NCBI GenBank assembly: GCA_964442255.1
Contig: CAYTYC010000003.1
Coordinates: 51,423-71,422, forward strand
Direction: 5' to 3'
Length of the DNA stretch: 20,000 nt
DNA from: an uncultured archaeon
GTDB lineage: Archaea; Iainarchaeota; Iainarchaeia; Iainarchaeales; 1-14-0-10-31-34
In this document: positions 7,521-15,115 of the stretch, piece by piece
Layout: each line of letters starts with the position of its first letter
Position numbering within the stretch: position 1 is the stretch's first letter
The notes under the pieces: generated by a model
What the model was told of the DNA's origin: nothing
The model's database searches: none
What the model saw: only the letters and a program-made list of their open reading frames with translations
Made by a program: the position numbers and the translations under genes

Positions 7521-8051
7521 ATGGCGGAAACTGAGGTATTCGTTCTCAGGCTCGGGCACCGCCCGGCAAGGGACCCGCGGCTCACAACACACTGCTGCCT
7601 GGTGGCAAGGGCGTTTGGGGCGAAAGAAATAATTATTGCAGGAGAAAAGGATAAATCGGTTGAGGAAAGCGTTAAGTCGGCGGTAAGGGTGTGGGGGGGA
7701 AAATTCAGGACACGGTTTGTGGAAAACTGGAAAAATGAGCTCAAAAAATTCGGAAAAAAAGGCACGATAGTGCATCTGACAATGTACGGGGAGCCCTTGG
7801 AAAAAGTCAAGGGGCTTGGGGAAGAGAAGAAAATTATGCTGGTGGTCGGCGCAGGAAAGGTTCCCCGGGAAGTGTACGGCTTAAGCGACCTTAATGTCGC
7901 TGTAACGCACCAACCCCATTCAGAGGCGGCCGCGCTGGCTGTTTTTTTGCACGAGCTTTTCCGCGGAAAGGGACTGAAAAAACGGTTTTTGGGGGCAAAG
8001 AGAAGGATTGTTCCGCAGAAAAAAGGGAAAAAATCAACCAAAAAAGGGTGA
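7521..8051 (+). CDS. trm56: tRNA (cytidine(56)-2'-O)-methyltransferase aTrm56 (SPOUT family)
   Basis: [51 protein letters not shown] and [13 protein letters not shown]. Confidence 0.95.
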   Translation: MAETEVFVLRLGHRPARDPRLTTHCCLVARAFGAKEIIIAGEKDKSVEESVKSAVRVWGGKFRTRFVENWKNELKKFGKKGTIVHLTMYGEPLEKVKGLGEEKKIMLVVGAGKVPREVYGLSDLNVAVTHQPHSEAAALAVFLHELFRGKGLKKRFLGAKRRIVPQKKGKKSTKKG

Positions 8052-8085
8052 CTGGTTTAAATTAGCTTTACTGGAGAAAAATATT

Positions 8086-8622
8086 ATGCCCGCAAAAAAC
8101 ATGGTTGAATATGGGGTAGTGAGAAAGTTTGTTGAAAAGGTTGGCGGGGAATACGCGGTTGACTTGGTGAAAATCTGCTCAAAGAAAAAAAGCGAGGTCA
8201 CTGACGAGGAAATTGGCAAAGGGCTGCCCCTTAAAATAACGGAGATACGCGCCATATTGAACCGTCTGCATTACCGGGGGATAGCATTCTACCAAAAGGC
8301 AAGAAACAACAAAACCGGCTGGTATTCCTATACCTGGGGGGTAAACAACGGCAGGATTGTGGAGCTGATTCTTGAGGAGCAAAAAGAGGAAGTAAAAAAG
8401 CTGGAGAAAAAGCTTGAATACGAGCAAAATTACAATTTTTTTGCCTGCACGGACGGCTGCGAAAGCTTTCCTTTTGAGATTGCCGCAGAATATGAATTCA
8501 AATGCCCCAAATGCGGAAACATCATGAACGCCCAAGACAATGAGAAAAACGTCAAGAGAATAAAAAAGGAAATATCTTCACTAAAAAACCAGCTCTGTGA
8601 AATAGAGAAATACGGGAGATAG
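8086..8622 (+). CDS. tfe: Transcription factor E (TFE-alpha)
   Basis: wHTH region TDEEI...EIRAILNRLHYRG...TGWYSYTW plus a Zn ribbon CTDGC...FEIAAEYEFKCPKCG. ATG at 8086 lies 23 nt after TTTAAATT. Located directly behind trm56. Confidence 0.93.
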   Translation: MPAKNMVEYGVVRKFVEKVGGEYAVDLVKICSKKKSEVTDEEIGKGLPLKITEIRAILNRLHYRGIAFYQKARNNKTGWYSYTWGVNNGRIVELILEEQKEEVKKLEKKLEYEQNYNFFACTDGCESFPFEIAAEYEFKCPKCGNIMNAQDNEKNVKRIKKEISSLKNQLCEIEKYGR

Positions 8623-8847
8623 CCTAAAAAACACAAAAACATGGACACATCTGAAAATGCCTTTATGCCCTAAAAAAAGCATTTAACGAGCATTATTTTA
8701 AATAATAAAAAATTAAAGGGCAGAATCACTAAAAAAAAGGGTTAAATCCACTTTAATTTAAGATTAAAGAAGGTTTTTTATTTCCTTTGATTTAAAATAT
8801 GATGAAAAGAAGGCTGTTTACAGGAAAAAAAACCTGTTTTTTCGCAT

Positions 8848-8940
8848 AGCGGGATGGGGCAGCCTGGAGTGCCCGCCGGGCTCATAGATTTCCAAAATTG
8901 GGAAACCCGGAGGTCGAAGGTTCAAATCCTTCTCCCGCTA
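8848..8940 (+). tRNA. Initiator tRNA-Met(CAT) with an 18-nt canonical intron (8887-8904, position 37/38)
   Basis: AGCGGGA...TCCCGCT-A with an A1-U72 pair and three consecutive G-C pairs in the anticodon stem (CCGGG/CCCGG). BHB: GGG-CTCA-TA^G-ATTT...AAAT-TGGG-AA^A-CCC. Confidence 0.95.
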
Positions 8941-9212
8941 TTTCCTGTTTTTAAGCATTTACTTTTGATGCAAACCCCTTTAATTTTCTCCTGATTAATA
9001 GTTTTTCCCTCACTTCTTATGGCTAACTATGATTTTTTTTCCGTTTTTGCCTGCTTTCCAATTTACAGGTATTTCTCACTTTTTGCATAAAACCCCCAAT
9101 AACCCCAAAATTCAGGGTTATTTCGGCTAAAAAATTAGGAAATATTGGTAATTACAATACTAAAATAAGATTACCGCAACATTTAAAAGTAATTATAGTA
9201 ATATTAATAAGT

Positions 9213-9635
9213 ATGAACCTGGGTTTTATAAAAAAAATAAGCCGGTTGTTTGGCAGAACTGCGCCAAAACAGGCCTCCGCTGAAAAATCAATATATGAAG
9301 CAGAAGAAAGTGAAGAAACCGAAGAAATCCACTCGCTTTGGGATTACCTGAAATTCCTTGAAAACACCCAGGCCTTCCACCTCCGGGCGGTTATCGGCTT
9401 TAATGAATGGGCGGACATGGATGAAATAAAGAGGCGGATAAAGGAGATATTTGGGGTTGAATACAAAAATGAAAAATCCCTCTACCCTTATGTCAAAACA
9501 ATGGTTGACATAGGCCTTATTGAATCAATAAATATTGGGGGCAGACGGAAGTGGAGGAAAAAAGAGCTGCTGATCAAGCTGAAAAAAAGGAAAAAACCGG
9601 AAGAAGAAAAAGAAAAGGAATTAATCAGGGCTTAA
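9213..9635 (+). CDS. Hypothetical protein, probable winged-helix DNA-binding domain
   Basis: The pattern WADMDEIKRRIKEIFG...SLYPYVKTMVDIGLIESINIGGRRKWR resembles a wHTH recognition helix plus wing. TATA-like TTTAAAA at 9182-9188. Confidence 0.7.
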   Translation: MNLGFIKKISRLFGRTAPKQASAEKSIYEAEESEETEEIHSLWDYLKFLENTQAFHLRAVIGFNEWADMDEIKRRIKEIFGVEYKNEKSLYPYVKTMVDIGLIESINIGGRRKWRKKELLIKLKKRKKPEEEKEKELIRA

Positions 9636-10223
9636 ACCCGCGTAATCCAAATAAAACTTTTTAAGTTTGGGGGATTCTTTGTATACTGCCTTAAACCAGT
9701 CGCTTTCCACAATCGGCTTTGCCCGGGATATTATTTCCGTTTTTTGGGGTTTGGTGTTTTCGGGGCCCGGGGCTTTGGAAATCCGATCCAGTTCATCAAA
9801 CAGGGGGGCGTGCTCATTAAATTCATTTAAAACATAGGTTCTGTCAAGCAGTTTTTCAATTGACGCGGCAATATCTGATTCTTTTAGGTCCTTTTCATCC
9901 ATGTAATACACTGCCTTCCAGTCCCCCTTGGATGACCAGTTATGGCAGGGGTTTTTTCCTGTCTTGAAGAAATTAACCAGGGTCTGGAAAGCATTTGGCG
10001 GAATCACCACACAATTTTTTCCGGGCCTCAGGTAAGGCCCTTTTGAAAGAACCCCGTGGCGCCAATATTTATAGGTTTTTCCGCTTGATTTGGAAACCGT
10101 CTGGGAATAACCGTAAAGTGCCCGAAAAAGCTTTTGGTAAGTATAAGAAGAGTGCCCCATTTTTTCAGGGATAATAAATTTGTATTGGATGAAAAAGCCT
10201 TTTTGAGCCAAAGGACCCCCCAC
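9621..10223 (-). CDS. Hypothetical protein with a possible Cas2/VapD/PaaX-like ferredoxin-fold N-terminal domain (start may be TTG at 10211)
   Basis: Long ORF with normal composition. A beta-alpha-beta-beta-alpha pattern is visible: FFIQYKF...QKLFRALYGY...YKYWRHGVL...RPGKNCVVIP...LVNFFK. A G-rich SD precedes TTG at 10211. Confidence 0.7.
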   Translation of the reverse strand: MGGPLAQKGFFIQYKFIIPEKMGHSSYTYQKLFRALYGYSQTVSKSSGKTYKYWRHGVLSKGPYLRPGKNCVVIPPNAFQTLVNFFKTGKNPCHNWSSKGDWKAVYYMDEKDLKESDIAASIEKLLDRTYVLNEFNEHAPLFDELDRISKAPGPENTKPQKTEIISRAKPIVESDWFKAVYKESPKLKKFYLDYAGLSPD

Positions 10224-10259
10224 ACTTCCATTAATAGTTATTGTAAAGCAAAAACTTCT

Positions 10260-10269
10260 TTATGTATAA
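10260..10269 (-). repeat. TTATACATAA motif, copy A (inverted orientation)
   Basis: TTATGTATAA on the plus strand, intergenic. Confidence 0.6.
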
Positions 10270-10343
10270 AACGTAAACATAAATTAATAAAAGGCTAACA
10301 TTGCCGCATCTGCACTGCGACAATATTGTTTCCGCAAACTAAA

Positions 10344-10625
10344 CTATCTTCTTCGGGCGTGTGGGCGCTCTTCCTGGGATGATGTGCCTTTTGCAGAAGA
10401 AACAAGGACAATGTCTTTTGTTGATTTGACGTTTTTGTATGGAATGCTTTTTTCGCTGATTATTTTCTTTGCTTCCTGCTTGGTTTTTGCCTTCAATGGT
10501 TCAGTGGTAATGGTTTCAATTTTTCCTTTCTCAAGATTTATCACAAGGTCGTAAACCTTGCCTTTGTGTTCAGCGGTTTCCGTGTATATGTCCATCCCAA
10601 AAAGTTTAGACAATCTCGTCGTCAT
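10344..10625 (-). CDS. PRC-barrel domain protein (CdpB-like archaeal cell-division family)
   Basis: RLSKLFGMDIYT...GKVYDLVINLEKGKIETI...IPYKNVKSTKDIVLV is a typical single PRC barrel. GGAGG SD upstream. Confidence 0.85.
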   Translation of the reverse strand: MTTRLSKLFGMDIYTETAEHKGKVYDLVINLEKGKIETITTEPLKAKTKQEAKKIISEKSIPYKNVKSTKDIVLVSSAKGTSSQEERPHARRR

Positions 10626-10726
10626 GAATAGGCCTCCATTTAATTGTATTAAGTAAGTCTAATCTCATATTTAAGGGTTTGCCCCTTTTAAGGCTAAAAC
10701 CGGTTTTTTTCAACAAGGAAAGGGAG

Positions 10727-10800
10727 TTATACATAAATAATATCCCAAAACCGGGAGAGTTCCCCTGGAGACGGGGGCAGGGGAGGGGAGTATACATAAC
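10727..10800 (+). repeat. TTATACATAA motif, copies B (10727-10736) and C (GTATACATAAC, 10790-10800), just past the xerA stop
   Basis: GGGAGTTATACATAA and GGGAGTATACATAAC about 63 bp apart. Confidence 0.65.
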
Positions 10801-10844
10801 ATTTTTAATAAATTTGAGCCCAACGCAAAAGAAGAGAACCCCTG

Positions 10845-11711
10845 TTAATTAGTGGAACTGCGGGGGCGGGTCAGGCCGTCTAAAGGGCTGCGCACTTTTT
10901 TTAATTCATCGGTTGAAACTTTGGTGTAAATTTGAGTTGTGTTTAATGCGGCATGCCCGAGAAGCTCCTGTATTTTTCGTATATTTTCCCCGGCTTCCAG
11001 CAGGTGGGTTGCGTAAGAGTGGCGGAGGGAATGGGGGGTGACGTGCTTGTGTATGCCTGCTTTTAGGGAGGCGCGCTTCACAATCCGTTGGATTGTGTCA
11101 GGGGTAATGGGCTTGCCGTTTTTTTTGGTGAACACGAGTTCCCCCTGAACCTTCCTTCTTTTCAGGTATTTTTTGAATCCTGAAATCCAGCGTTTTGCCA
11201 GAATTATTACCCTGTCTTTTTTTCCTTTCCCGCCCCTTACCATTGCAATTCCCTCACCCAATTCTAAGTCGTCAAGGCGTATTTTTGCGCACTCGCTTAC
11301 CCGAACCCCTGAAGAGTAAAGAAACTCAATAATAAGGCGGTCGCGGCCCCGTTTTGCCGATTTTATCAGCGCCTTTATTTCAGCCCTGGAAAGCACGGTG
11401 GGGAGCTTTTTTTCTTTTCGCGGAATCTTCACTTCATCCGCAATCTTCATTTTAAGGAATGAATGGAAAAAGAATTTGAGTGCGGAGTGGATTAAGGCAA
11501 GGGACGCGTTTGAAAGGCCGTCTTTTTCTTTTTTTTTGGCAAGGTATGCGATAATGTCATCCCTTGAGGCTGTTTCGGCAGGCGTTTTGATAAATTCCAG
11601 GAAATCCCTCAAATAGGTTTCATACATTTTAATTGTTTTGTCCGAATAGCCCCCGATAAGGAGCTCCTGCCTGAATTTATTGATTTTCCGGGCGTTTTCA
11701 GGAAAAACCAT
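10845..11711 (-). CDS. xerA: Tyrosine recombinase, XerA / XerC-D family
   Basis: SAM-like N-terminal domain (GYSDKTIKMY) and catalytic residues in LYSSGVRVSE, GKGKKDR, TPHSLRHSYATHLLE and IQELLGH...TTQIYT. No obvious IntI-specific insertion. Confidence 0.9.
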   Translation of the reverse strand: MVFPENARKINKFRQELLIGGYSDKTIKMYETYLRDFLEFIKTPAETASRDDIIAYLAKKKEKDGLSNASLALIHSALKFFFHSFLKMKIADEVKIPRKEKKLPTVLSRAEIKALIKSAKRGRDRLIIEFLYSSGVRVSECAKIRLDDLELGEGIAMVRGGKGKKDRVIILAKRWISGFKKYLKRRKVQGELVFTKKNGKPITPDTIQRIVKRASLKAGIHKHVTPHSLRHSYATHLLEAGENIRKIQELLGHAALNTTQIYTKVSTDELKKVRSPLDGLTRPRSSTN

Positions 11712-11759
11712 ATATTATTTAACGCTCTCCGCCTTATTAAATTGTTTTGGGGGATTTGA

Positions 11760-12575
11760 ATGGAAGCAATTGGGGCGGATTTTGGGGCATCCACCGTGGA
11801 CATAGTGCATTTGAAGGAAGGGCGGGTTTTGAAGGCAAAAAGCTGGCGGGCTGAAAAATTTCCGGGGCTGGAGAAAGCGCTTAATCAGTTCAAGCCCCCT
11901 GAAGGGGCAATTTTGGGGGTTACAGGGGGAAAAGCCTGGAAAATAAATAAAAAAAGGATACATGGCCTAAAAGTTAAGAAAATTCCGGAACTCAGGGCGA
12001 TTGCGGTTGGCGGGCTGCATGGCACGGGAAAAAATAAAGGGGTTGTTGCGAGCTGCGGAACAGGCACCTGCGTGGTGCAGTACTCAGGCGGAAGGGCAGT
12101 TCACCTCGGCGGAACAGGGATAGGCGGAGGGACTGTTGAAGGGCTTTCAAGAAGGCTTTTCGGCGCGAAAAGCCCTGAAGTAATCGGCAGGCTTGCCAAA
12201 GGATGCAAGGCGGGAAAAGTTGACCTTACGGTTGGCGAAGTAATTGGAAAAGGCATTGGAAAGCTTTCGGGCAGGGCAACGGCCGCCAATTTAGCGAAAC
12301 TGGATTCAAAAAGCCGGAAAAAAGACGCGGCAGCAGGGATTATTTCAATGGCTTCGGAAGCCGCGGGGGTTGTGGCGTGCCTGGCGGCTTTCGGGGCAAG
12401 GGAAAAAGAGGCAATTTTCACGGGAAAACTGATTCACTACCCCGGAGTAAAGACCACCATCCGGGAGACCGGGAAAATTTTTGGCGTCAGGGCCAACTTT
12501 TCAGCTCACGCGGGCTATGCAACGGCATTGGGTGCGGCGCGGATTGCCGGGGCGGGCAAAAAGCGAAACCCTTAA
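11760..12575 (+). CDS. coaW: Type II pantothenate kinase (CoaW/Fumble-like, ASKHA fold)
   Basis: IGADFGASTVDIV, VTGGKA, PELRAIAVGG, SCGTGT, HLGGTGIGGGTVEGL, VDLTVGEV and TAANLAK. GGGGGA SD before TTG. Confidence 0.82.
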   Translation: MEAIGADFGASTVDIVHLKEGRVLKAKSWRAEKFPGLEKALNQFKPPEGAILGVTGGKAWKINKKRIHGLKVKKIPELRAIAVGGLHGTGKNKGVVASCGTGTCVVQYSGGRAVHLGGTGIGGGTVEGLSRRLFGAKSPEVIGRLAKGCKAGKVDLTVGEVIGKGIGKLSGRATAANLAKLDSKSRKKDAAAGIISMASEAAGVVACLAAFGAREKEAIFTGKLIHYPGVKTTIRETGKIFGVRANFSAHAGYATALGAARIAGAGKKRNP

Positions 12576-12611
12576 ATTTAGCCGGAAACAGGCGAATGCC
12601 AGCAAATCAAA

Positions 12612-12621
12612 TTATACATAA
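12612..12621 (+). repeat. TTATACATAA motif, copy D
   Basis: Exact intergenic copy, preceded by GCCAGCAAA as copy F is. Confidence 0.65.
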
Positions 12622-13098
12622 TATTTTGGATTAAAAATTGTGTTTTAAAGAAAAAAAGTTTTTCCCCTTTTATTTTGCTGTTTTGGGGCCTTTTTGCATG
12701 GTTTGCCCCGGCCCGCCCGAAAAAAAACAAGTAAACCACAAAAAAGGTATAAACCCCAAACAATTTGGCAAAAAATGGTTCATATTTGATTATTTGGTTA
12801 TTATTAGGGGGTTTGGTTTTTAAACCGGTTCTTTCGGATTCCAAAAACAGTCGTTTGCGGGGGTTTTGAACCCGAACCGCTGCGGATAAGCGGAGCGGGG
12901 CGCGCAGGGAAGGCGTTTTGTGGCGGAGGGGCATTGTAAGAGGGGGGCGGAAAGGGGCTGGCGGAACCGGGGCCAATGCCTGCTTAATTTGGGTTGTTTT
13001 TGGGGACCGGTTTGCCTTGACTTTGGCTTTGGATTTTGGGGAAAAAGACGGGGTTCGGATCTCAAACGTTTTCCGGCAAGTCAGGCAAGGCATCCTGG

Positions 13099-13125
13099 CT
13101 TATACATAACTGCATTGTGTGTTGG
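13099..13125 (+). repeat. TTATACATAA motif, copy E, with a degenerate second arm (dif-like site candidate)
   Basis: CTTATACATAA-CTGCA-TTGTGTGTTGG, an imperfect inverted repeat. Confidence 0.65.
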
Positions 13126-13202
13126 TTTTTTGAAAGGGAATTTCCCCGAGCTCCGCCCCCGAAAAAAAGCGTCACCCTTAAATTCTATATTGTACTATTT
13201 TT

Positions 13203-13712
13203 ATGCGGATGTTTTGGGAATCGGGTTTGGCCGGGCTGCTGCTGGCGGGAATTCTGCTTTTTGGCTGTTTAGGGGGGGAGACGCCGCCCGAAGACAAAAG
13301 GGTTTTCCCTTTGGGCGAGAGCTGCGTTTCCTCTTATGACTGCGTTTGCAGGAGTCCGGACCCGGAGGAATGCGGGCTGCCCGGGGAAAAATGGGTTTGC
13401 GTGAACGGAAAATGTGATAAAGGGTTTTACGAGTGCGAGGTTGACTTGGAGTGCGAGCAGCCGGGTTGTTTGGGGATGCGGGCGGAGTGCAGGGAAGGGA
13501 AATGCGTTACAGTGGATTTTGAAGGAAGCCCCGCGGAATGCTTTCAGCAGGAATGCGAGCTTTCAAGGTGTGACTGCAAGTGCTATCCACTGGGCGAAGC
13601 CCCGCAGGACTACAACGGAACGCCTTGTGCGGTCAACTGCTACCAGCTAAGCGGAATTACGGGCTGCGAATTTGCGCACGAGCAGTGCAGGGAAACGGTT
13701 TTTGGGGATTAA
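13203..13712 (+). CDS. Cysteine-rich exported protein / lipoprotein
   Basis: Hydrophobic N-terminus ending in LLFGC (archaeal lipobox-like), 21 Cys in 169 aa, with repeated C-x4-C module ends. Confidence 0.85.
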   Translation: MRMFWESGLAGLLLAGILLFGCLGGETPPEDKRVFPLGESCVSSYDCVCRSPDPEECGLPGEKWVCVNGKCDKGFYECEVDLECEQPGCLGMRAECREGKCVTVDFEGSPAECFQQECELSRCDCKCYPLGEAPQDYNGTPCAVNCYQLSGITGCEFAHEQCRETVFGD

Positions 13713-13730
13713 AAAAGGAGGCGAAGTTAA

Positions 13731-14045
13731 ATGATTGTTGTTTCTTCTCCCGGGGTGAGCGGGAAAAAGGTTGTGAAAACACTTGGTCTGGTGCGCGGGA
13801 ACACCATCCGGGCGAAATGGTTTGGAAAGGATTTTGTTTCAGGGCTGAGGCAGCTTGTCGGGGGGGAATTAAAGGAGTACACTGAAATGCTTTCAGAGGC
13901 AAGGGAAGAGGCGCTTGCAAGAATGGTTCAGGAAGCGGAAAAGCTCGGCGCGAACGCTGTAGTTGACGTCCGTTTCATGACCTCCCAGGTAATGCCTTCC
14001 GCGGCTGAAATTCTGGTTTACGGCACCGCGGTTAAAATTCAGTAA
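13731..14045 (+). CDS. YbjQ/UPF0145 family protein
   Basis: LGLVRGNTIRA...GKDFVSGLRQLVGGELKEYTEMLSEAREEAL...LGANAVVDVRF...EILVYGTAV. GGAGG SD. Confidence 0.95.
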   Translation: MIVVSSPGVSGKKVVKTLGLVRGNTIRAKWFGKDFVSGLRQLVGGELKEYTEMLSEAREEALARMVQEAEKLGANAVVDVRFMTSQVMPSAAEILVYGTAVKIQ

Positions 14046-14059
14046 GCGGGAGCAATTTT

Positions 14060-15052
14060 TCATTTCTTTTCCCCGGCCCACTCAATTATTTTTTTCAGCC
14101 CTTCCTGCGGGGTTGTTTTTGGCTTCCAGTGTCTTTCCAGTTCCCCTATGTCAGAAATGTATACTTTGTGGTCTGCAGGGCGCCAGTCAAAGTAGTTCAC
14201 CTTGAATTCCATTTTCATTTCCTGTTCAATGAATTCCTTGCATTCAATAAGAGAAAGCGTTTTTTCGATCGTTCCCCCCACGTTGAATACGCTTCCCTTT
14301 AATTTATCAATTTTGTCCATTTCAAACATAACCAGTTCAGCCAAATCCTCCCCGAACAGCAGGTCCCTGACCTGCTTTCCGTTTCCATAAAAGTTGAGTT
14401 CTTTTTCATTTAAAGCACTTAAAACAAACCACGCAACCCAGCCCTGCTCTTCAACCCCAAATTGGTGTGTGCCGTAAATGCAGCTCATCCTGTTCACGAT
14501 TGTTGGGAGGCCCAGGGTTGAGTTGAATTCCTGGCAGTACAGGTCTCCGGCCAGTTTGCTTACCCCGTATGGGGAGTGGCTTGGGCCGCTTACTTCATGT
14601 GTCATTTTAAAGCCCTTAAAGCTTTTGTCCTTGAAGGAATAACGTTTTTCCTCTTCAACCAATTCCACGGAGTTCACATATCCTTCGGAGTAAACCTTGT
14701 TTGTGGAGCAGTAAACCAAAGGGGAGTTGTTTTTTCTCCCATATTCAAGCACATTAACTGTCCCAAGTGCGTTCACATTGAAGTCGTATACCGGATCACG
14801 GATGCTTAGCGGTATTCCCGGGTTTGCGGCGCAGTGGACAATAAAGTCGGCTTTTCCGCATTTTTCAATGTCCTCCCTGTTTCTGACGTCGCCTTTGATG
14901 AATTCCGCTTCCGGAATTCGCTTCAAGTTTTCTTCAACGCCTTTCCTCCACAGGGAATCCAGGACAACGACATCATTTCCTTCATCCAGCGCCTTTCTCG
15001 CGATTGTTGAACCGATGAATCCGGCTCCGCCGGTTACAAGCAACCTCATCAT
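14060..15052 (-). CDS. NAD-dependent nucleotide-sugar epimerase/dehydratase (extended SDR, CDP-paratose 2-epimerase RfbE-like)
   Basis: TGGAGFIGS, NALGTVNVLE, STNKVY, HSPYGVSK (YxxxK), RMSCIYGTHQFGVEEQGWVAWF and GNGKQVRDLL. Confidence 0.9.
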   Translation of the reverse strand: MMRLLVTGGAGFIGSTIARKALDEGNDVVVLDSLWRKGVEENLKRIPEAEFIKGDVRNREDIEKCGKADFIVHCAANPGIPLSIRDPVYDFNVNALGTVNVLEYGRKNNSPLVYCSTNKVYSEGYVNSVELVEEEKRYSFKDKSFKGFKMTHEVSGPSHSPYGVSKLAGDLYCQEFNSTLGLPTIVNRMSCIYGTHQFGVEEQGWVAWFVLSALNEKELNFYGNGKQVRDLLFGEDLAELVMFEMDKIDKLKGSVFNVGGTIEKTLSLIECKEFIEQEMKMEFKVNYFDWRPADHKVYISDIGELERHWKPKTTPQEGLKKIIEWAGEKK

Positions 15053-15115
15053 ACCGCCTTAACTTGAAGATTAAGGGACTAAAGGTTAAAAAAAGAATTG
15101 AATGCCCTGACGCAG

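Noticed and set aside
8623..9212. Definite replication origin
   Set aside because: No recognisable ORB repeats or adjacent orc1/cdc6 gene.
10845..11711. Integron integrase IntI
   Set aside because: No evident IntI-specific insertion between the catalytic Lys region and HxLRH, and no paired RYYYAAC...GTTRRRY attC array seen.
12578..13339. ORFs 12578-13093(-), 12920-13339(+) and other short ORFs here
   Set aside because: Low-complexity P/F/K/G-rich translations with no SD or motifs, explained by base skew.
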